Below, in pieces: positions 55,851 through 64,000 of a stretch of 64,000 nucleotides of DNA. A model generated the notes under the pieces. The model had not been told where the DNA came from. It searched no databases and worked only from the letters and a program-made list of their open reading frames with translations. The stretch lies in the NCBI RefSeq assembly GCF_009914755.1, contig NC_060927.1, one strand, 5' to 3'. This DNA comes from the human T2T-CHM13v2.0 reference genome, Homo sapiens. The number at the start of each line of letters is the position of its first letter. Position 1 is the first letter of the stretch. A program made the position numbers and the translations under genes.

Positions 55851-57057
55851 TATAATGTAAATAAACAAAGTAAAGGTATTATGATGATATTATTGCAGTT
55901 GCTGTAAAACAGCCAAAATGCAATTGAACACCTAATAAAAATAATCTGGTGATAACTATAATACGCATCTGGACTTTTCTCCAGATAGGCCCATTTTACA
56001 GATTTAAAAACATAAATGGAAAGGTGAGAGGACTCACTCAAGATCCCACGGTGAGCCATTAACAGTTTTAACTGTACTTTGGTAATCAGCCCTTCACAAA
56101 TCCAGATGGAATTCAGTTTGACTCTGACTTTTGTGTTTCAATTGTGTGGCCTTGGGAGAACCCCTTTTCCTCCCTGAACTAAGTGTCCTCATCTATATAA
56201 TAATAACATTGGACTAGGTAAGCTTTAAGGTTGATTTTATGACATCTTGAACTTTAGGTCAAGAAAGGTAAAACAATATTTCAGGCTTCTTTTTTTTTTC
56301 GTGATAACAATTTGCCCCAATCCTTCACACAACCCCTCATCTGTTCCCTGATGAGAATGAATCAACATGCTCACAAAAGCAGAGCTTTGTATCCGTAACA
56401 AAAACCTCTGCTCTTCTTGTTGTAAAAACTCCCGAGAAAAGGGATGTGAGTGCTGAGCATTTCAATAAGACACAGAGATGCAGGATAATCTGTTCAACAG
56501 AAAGGAAAGCTATTAATAAAACCCTTGAAGGTACACAGGAAGATGGAGTGATAGCTTTTAATTACTGAGTCTCTTAGTCATCTTCAAATGAAGATTTAAA
56601 GATGTTGTGCATCTGACACAGAGGTTCAAAGCAAAGGTCCAAAGCAAAATTAAGTTTAGGCCCTAAGAAATAAGACAAAAGATAAGTATTAAATGAAAAC
56701 AGAAAATTATTCCCATAGTTTAGGTCCTTATTGATGGTCCCTGTAACAATTTGTTAGTTGGGAGAGCATGTCCACACTAGAAAAGTAACAAATTTCATCC
56801 AGACAAAGCATTTAGTGTTGTGTCCAATAAGCCTAAAATAAAGATTATTGTACACTTCAGTGAAGACACATGCATACATTGAGTCATAGGAATTGGAGAA
56901 AAAAGTGAGTAGTTCACATAAATAAAACAGTTGGTGTTAGTTTCATCCGGTTGAGCCAAGCATTTCAGGGACAGCTGAGAAGAGCAGAAACTGAAGAAAG
57001 GAAGAGATTGCTTCAATGGGTCCCTGACTCACTTGATCAGATCTCTTTGCTCAGAGA

Positions 57058-58362
<1,305 letters not shown>

Positions 58363-58364
58363 CT

Positions 58365-58695
58365 AAAACAACATGAAAAGAAAACCCGATTAAAAAATGG
58401 GCAAAGGACTTGAGGAGATATTTCTCCAAAGAAGATATACAAATGGCCAACAAGCATATTAAAAGATGCTTAATATTGCTAATCATTAGAGAAATGCAAA
58501 TCAAAACCACAATGAGGTATCACCTCACACTATTAGAATGGCCACTATTAAATAAATAAATAAATAAATACATAAATAAATAAAACCCAGAAAATAACAA
58601 GTGTTGGTGAGGATGTGAAGAAATTGGAACCCTTGTGCACTGTTGATGGGAATGTAAATAGTACAGCTTCTGTGGAAAACAGTAAGGTCATTGTA
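58365..58695 (+). mobile_element. L1MA/MB ORF2-end/3'UTR fragment
   Basis: aaaatgggcaaaggacttga...gaaatgcaaatcaaaaccacaatgaggtatcacctcacac...ggaacccttgtgcactgttgatgggaatgtaaa. Confidence 0.88.
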
Positions 58696-59364
58696 AATCA
58701 TCAGGAAGACTGGCCGGAGAAGCAGTGGGATCCTCAGAGTCTGTGTAGAATTGACCAGAGAAAACCACAGATTGAAGAAAAGAGCTGCCACTTGGAGGAA
58801 AATTCCCGCGTGAGTTATAAGCTCTGTGGCAGACCTTGCTCAGTGGGGCTGGAACCATGAGAGCCAACTTTAACTACCTGCTGGGCCCAGTGGGTGAGCC
58901 ATCTTATGATAGTACCTTTCAGAAAAGAGCTTCCCTGCTCCCCTGCTTCTCCTCTCTCTCTCCACTCCCTGAACCAACTGCCAGATGCTGGAGGGCAGGT
59001 GAAAGCATGACGTAGGGTAGGGTAGGGAGAGAAGTGCACAAGCCCCTGACCACTGGCCAGCCACATCCACTGCAAGAAGCCAGATTACAGCAAGCTCCGG
59101 CTAGGGTAGGGAGAAGACGTAACTATAAATCAAGGTCAGACTTTTATCACTACATGAGACCAGGTATTTTAACTTTGGACTATAGGTTTTTGTTGTTGTT
59201 GTTGTTGTTTATTATTACCTAAGAGTGATCACAAAAGTCATGGGACCACAGGAATTTCCATCCTGGGGTAGACAACCCTCTGAATACATTTTGAAGGGCT
59301 ATGAGGAGATAAAAATAGTTACTTCCTAATTAAACCCCAAATGTTTGTTCAACAACTCATTACT

Positions 59365-59990
59365 TAGTTTTTGGCCTGAGCAACTATGTGAATGAGGGTG
59401 TGATGGACTGAAATAGGAAGATTTGGGAAAAGCAGGCTTGGGGTAGGGAAGGAGCTCAGGAGTTCTCCTTTGGACATGTTAGGTTGGGGTGCCTCTAAGC
59501 CAAGTGGACATGTCAGGTAAATCAGTCTGAAACTCAGGGGAGAGGAATACTTTTTTAAAAAAATACTCATTTTCATAGAAGAGTGGAGGGGAAGATGAGG
59601 AATGTAGACAATTATTTTGCAGAGCAGTAAAGCATTAGGGAGAATGAATGACTAGGAAGTGGGAAGCAGGCTTTACAGGAAAGTGAGAGGTCAAAGACAG
59701 AGAGGAATGCTTTTGAGAATCATTAGCCTAGAGATAGAATTTAAAGCCACGTGACCAGATGATACCAACTAGGGAGAAGACATAGCTAGAGAAGACAGCC
59801 AGAGACTAGTCTCTGGGGCACTTCTCATTCATGGCTAGAAGTCAAACAGAGAATGAGGTTTGAGCAGAGGAGACTGAGCAAGGGTAACTAGACAGGTGGC
59901 AGGAAAACCAAGAGCACCAGGCAAAAGTGGTGGAGGGGAGAGGCAAGGGAATGGTTGTGAGGGACCATGGAATCTGAACTGGATAATATG
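59365..59990 (-). mobile_element. L2 fragment
   Basis: tttttggcctgagcaact...caggagttctcctttggacatgttaggttgggg...atttaaagccacg. Confidence 0.7.
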
Positions 59991-60226
59991 GATGTAAGGA
60001 CATGTATGTGGAGCCCGGGATGATGAACAGTGAAAAGTAGCAAGGTTACAGGAATGAAGGTCACTAGGGGGGTCAAAGAATTGTTGGTGTGGGGACAGCT
60101 ATGAATAGGAGGTCAGAGCGGGAAACCTGAGGCAGGGATTCAGTGGTGGTACAAGAGGGCAAGAGCATGACTGGGGGCCAGTGCAGAGGTGTGATGGGGA
60201 AAGAATCTGTTAGAGGTGATCAAAGA

Positions 60227-60394
60227 GCTGCACATGGTGGCCCCTGCCTGCAGTCCTAGCTACTTAGGAGGCTGAGGCAGGAGGATCACTAGAGCCCAGG
60301 AGTTCGAGACTGCAGTACACTGTGATGGCACCTGTCAATCGCCACTGCTCTGCAGCCTGGGCAACATAGTGAGATACCGCCTCTTAAAAAAAAA
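60227..60394 (+). mobile_element. Alu monomer (FRAM/FAM-like)
   Basis: cctgcagtcctagctacttaggaggctgaggcaggaggatcactagagcccaggagttcgagactgcagt...cagcctgggcaacatagtgagata. Confidence 0.85.
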
Positions 60395-63348
60395 GTGATG
60401 GACAATCAGGTGGCCTGGGTTTGGAAGGGGTCGGTGGTGAATGGTTAAAGAATCCATTGGATAGAGAGGCCTGGAGATACAAACCCCTCTTTCTCACCCC
60501 TTACAAGGATTATCCTTTTTCACCTAAGAGGGCTTGAGGAGTTTGAAGCTGGTCAGTTGCCCTCAACACTTCCTGTCTGAAACCCAAGGCCTGGATGGAC
60601 TCTCCTTAGAAGCAAGAGAGGGCACAGTCCTGTCTTCCGTGACGCTGCCGCTAGGTTCCTGGACCCTCAACCCAGGGAGTGAGCAGAGTCACCAGAGCTA
60701 GCAGACGGCTGGGCCTTGATTTCCCTGGATCTCTAGTCTCAGGAGTATTCAAAGACACCACATAGAAACATCCAAGTGCTGCTTTCCTGTCCGCTCAGCT
60801 GGAGCAGTGGGTTTCCCCTGCTGCCTTCTGTGCCACCCTCTAAGTGCAGGTCTTATTTGTGGGCAGAGCACACGGAGAGGGCCACTACTCCCTCCACCCG
60901 ACGCAGGAGAGTCTTGGCCAGAACTTCCACCTGAGCCTTAGATTGAAACATTATAGCCAGAAGACACCCTATGTCTTAGGCGCCCACTGAATCTGTTTTC
61001 CAACTTGTTAAATGAGGGGATTGAGCTAGATGATAGATGAGGTTCCCTCCAGCTCTTGGTAGTCTAGAGTCTAGTTCAAATGCCCTATTTTATATCAACA
61101 TGAGGAAGCAAGGGCCAGGGGGAGGGAAAGTGACCCACTCCTAGAACTGGATTAGTCAGAGAGGCAGCTCTCTGGGCAGGGAATGCTTCCTTCTTGTAGA
61201 TTCTTTATTATTACATTCTAACACAGTATTCATTAAATGAATATCCACGTAATTACATTGTTACGGAGTGGAGATTTTGGTGAAAATGGGGCGAGAGAAA
61301 GGCATATTAGAGGAGCTTTGGCTCCTTCAGTTGAAGGACGGCATTTGGTGAAAGGAGCACACCAAGAGGAAAATAGGAAAGAGAAGGGGAAGGTGGCAGC
61401 ACACCACATTCCTATATGGGCAGCCCTTAGTGCCCTCCAGCAATGACTGTTCCTCACCTCACCCTGACCGTCATTTTATACCTCCGGCATTCTCTGTACT
61501 CCCTTCTGCTAAAATGCAAACTGCATCTCTTCTTAAAAGCTAATCCAAGTCCCAATTTCTCATAACAAGTTTCCACGAATCCAGAGCAAAATGAAAAAAA
61601 TATACACATGGTGAATTTCTTACAACCATTGCTACACTTAATTAGCTTTGTCTGGTATCTTTTCCTACCTTTTTGCTTTCTGTATGATTGTTTCTTGTAA
61701 ACTGCATAAAGCTAGATTGTTTCCTAAAAATCCAACCTAAGAAACTGTCACATATTATTGTGGGAACATGTCTTAACCTTTGTCCTGGTTTCCTTATCTG
61801 TAAAACAGGGTTGTTGCAATGACTGAGTTAACACTGGCTAAGCCCTTAGCCCTGGCATGTACTACACACTTAATTAATACTAGCTACTCTTAAGAGTTCA
61901 GTGTAATCATTTATAGGGATAGTGATTATTGATATAGTTGGGGTTATTGGACCATCTTATTTCATATTTTCTATTCACTGTGCTTTTCCTTGTTTTTCTA
62001 ATCTTTTCTGCCTCCGTGGCTTTACCAAGTTTTCCTGAAACCCATTTTCTGGAAACAGGTGTTCACTAAGAGTTGCCTTTAAAACCTTAAAATGGATTCT
62101 TAAGAGTTCAAAGTAGGTCGATGCCTCCCAAACAATACTAATACCAAGAGCTTCAGAATGCCTTGATATTCTGATCTCCCATGTCCCACATGATTATCTA
62201 CTATTTTATTTCCACCTTGTTTTAACCACTCTCCACTCTCCACCCCTAAATCTATATTTACTTAAAACTTGCCAGTGTGTTTACCAACATATTTGCTCAC
62301 CACTGCTTTTTGTATACCACCCCTTTCTTCTGGGTTCCATTCCATTCTTACTAAAGAGCACCCTTTAGTAAGTACTTTTGCCCATCACAACTTAACAAAC
62401 AGAAGTCTGGATCTCTGACTATATCTTGCATGAAGGACGAGCTTAGCTGGTTTAAAACAGAACTATCCCACAGTTCATCACTACGATATTCTTTTACTTT
62501 GCTAGAAAAAAAACAAAAACCAGCCCCTGACCAGGTTATGACTTTTAGCATTTGTTCAACTATTTTCCCTTTCTGGATAGAAATCAGCAATGGTCCCCAA
62601 ATACATTTAGACAAATATGCTTCCATGAAGCCTGTATTTCTACAAAACTGTGACAAAGTGGGTAAGGTCAGTCTCTTGACAATCAGATTTGGGCCTTACA
62701 TTGTGCCACCATAGGTTCTCTTAGCCCCACCCCCTTCTTTAGGTTTTTAACCTAAGTAACACAATACCACGTATTGCAAATAGAAAACAAATGATTCTAT
62801 GTAGATGTCATGCTTTCAGAAATTCAATATTTATGTTGCCAAAATGTTCTCAGTAGATACTCTTTAAAATTCAAATAGTTATATTAAAATAGCTCATTCA
62901 ATAATGTTCCCTAGAAAGTGCATTTTGCAGTGAAGACTTATTAGGCATGAGAGTCAGGGCTGCTCAAAATCAGCTATTACATAAAAGATATGATACAATT
63001 CTTTTAAGACTGTGATGCAGTTCTTATGTGACCCAAATGGAAATAAACATCATGTGGAATCCTGGGGTTTCAATTGTGTGCTTGTAATTCCAAAGTTATA
63101 TTATGGGGACCAAAAAAAACTCCCTGCTTGCTGCCTACCTGAACCCCATTCAAGAAAAGACATTTACAATAGCATGTCAGCCTTGCTGTCTATTCATTTG
63201 ACACCAAGCCAGCTGGCTTCTTTGGAGAGCACTAGAGTAAGAGCAGCTCTAGAATCTTGCCAGAAAATGTATCCAGCTGCTATCCAAAGACTGGGTGTGA
63301 AACACTATAAAAGTATTTCTTAGCCATTCTCCTCAGAGATCTTAAATA

Positions 63349-63571
63349 CAAGTTGAGTATCCCTTATCTAAAATGCTTGGGACCAGAAGTGTTTCAGATT
63401 TTGCATTTTGGAATATTTGCATCATACTTACCAGTTAAGCATCCCTAATCCAAAAAATCTGAAATCCAAAATGCTCCAGTGAGGGTTTGAGTGTCATATC
63501 AGCACTCAAAAAGTTTCCAATTTCAGAGTATTTCCAACTTCAGATTTTCAAATTAAGGATACGCAACCTAT
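63349..63571 (-). mobile_element. Tigger4a/MER46A MITE
   Basis: caagttgagtatcccttatctaaaatgcttgggaccagaagtgtttcagatttt...aaggatacgcaacct; TIRs present. Confidence 0.88.
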
Positions 63572-63839
63572 TGTATATCTCTAATTTGAAACTAGGGATA
63601 ATTAGAACCTATCTAACTTTCTATTACATAAGAACATGAAAAGTATTGTTGGTCTTTGTTTGCTTGTAACTCCATAGAATTGTTTTGTTTTAGTCCCTTT
63701 CAATTTTGGACTCTCAGCTTTGATAGTTAACAGAAATGAAAGCCTTGCATTTGCTGTGACATTGACACTGATGAACTCCAATGTGATTCTTAAAACCCAC
63801 TAAGACCCAGAGAAAAAAATTCCTTTAGAATACTTTGGT

Positions 63840-64000
63840 GTCCCGTTTTGAAAACCTGGCCATATATTTTATTAAAAGCTAAGGTCCCAATAATTCCATT
63901 TCCGAGAATGTAATCTAAGGAAGTAATCATATATATGGAAAAAACTATATGCACCATGATGCCTTCTAAATTATTTGTAATTGGAAAAAGCTGGAAGTAA
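63840..64000 (+). mobile_element. Old L1 3'UTR fragment (runs off window)
   Basis: cccaataattccatttccgagaatgtaatctaaggaagtaatc...ttatttgtaattggaaaaagctggaa. Confidence 0.6.

Overview
Primate (human-like) euchromatic, non-coding DNA, most likely intergenic or deep intronic. I find no convincing protein-coding exon, RNA gene, CpG island or CRISPR-type array, and the short ORFs in the track are repeat-derived or chance. Most of the window is interspersed repeats: about 17 Alu copies or fragments (J, S and Y types, several with target-site duplications, TSDs); a ~12 kb block of co-oriented old L1M fragments (10.1-22.4 kb) with many nested insertions; L2, L3/CR1 and MIR relics; MaLR, ERVL and ERV1 solo LTRs; and hAT/Tigger MITEs. 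The largest single element is a 5'-truncated, decayed HERV-L/ERVL provirus (gag end-pro-RT-RNaseH-IN-dUTPase-MLT2 LTR, ~43.6-48.6 kb). The most unusual signals are local rearrangement scars. Two short dispersed duplications of Alu-junction sequence (58 bp and 120 bp, each ~1.8 kb from its partner) bracket the HERV-L-containing block. There is also a micro duplication-inversion-duplication hairpin, and several tandem duplications datable by reciprocal CpG decay. A candidate CTCF/IRF/NF-kB motif cluster lies at ~52.0-52.4 kb. Repeat subfamily names come from my recollection of consensus sequences, and boundaries of old elements are approximate. I do not see support for a novel biological system here.
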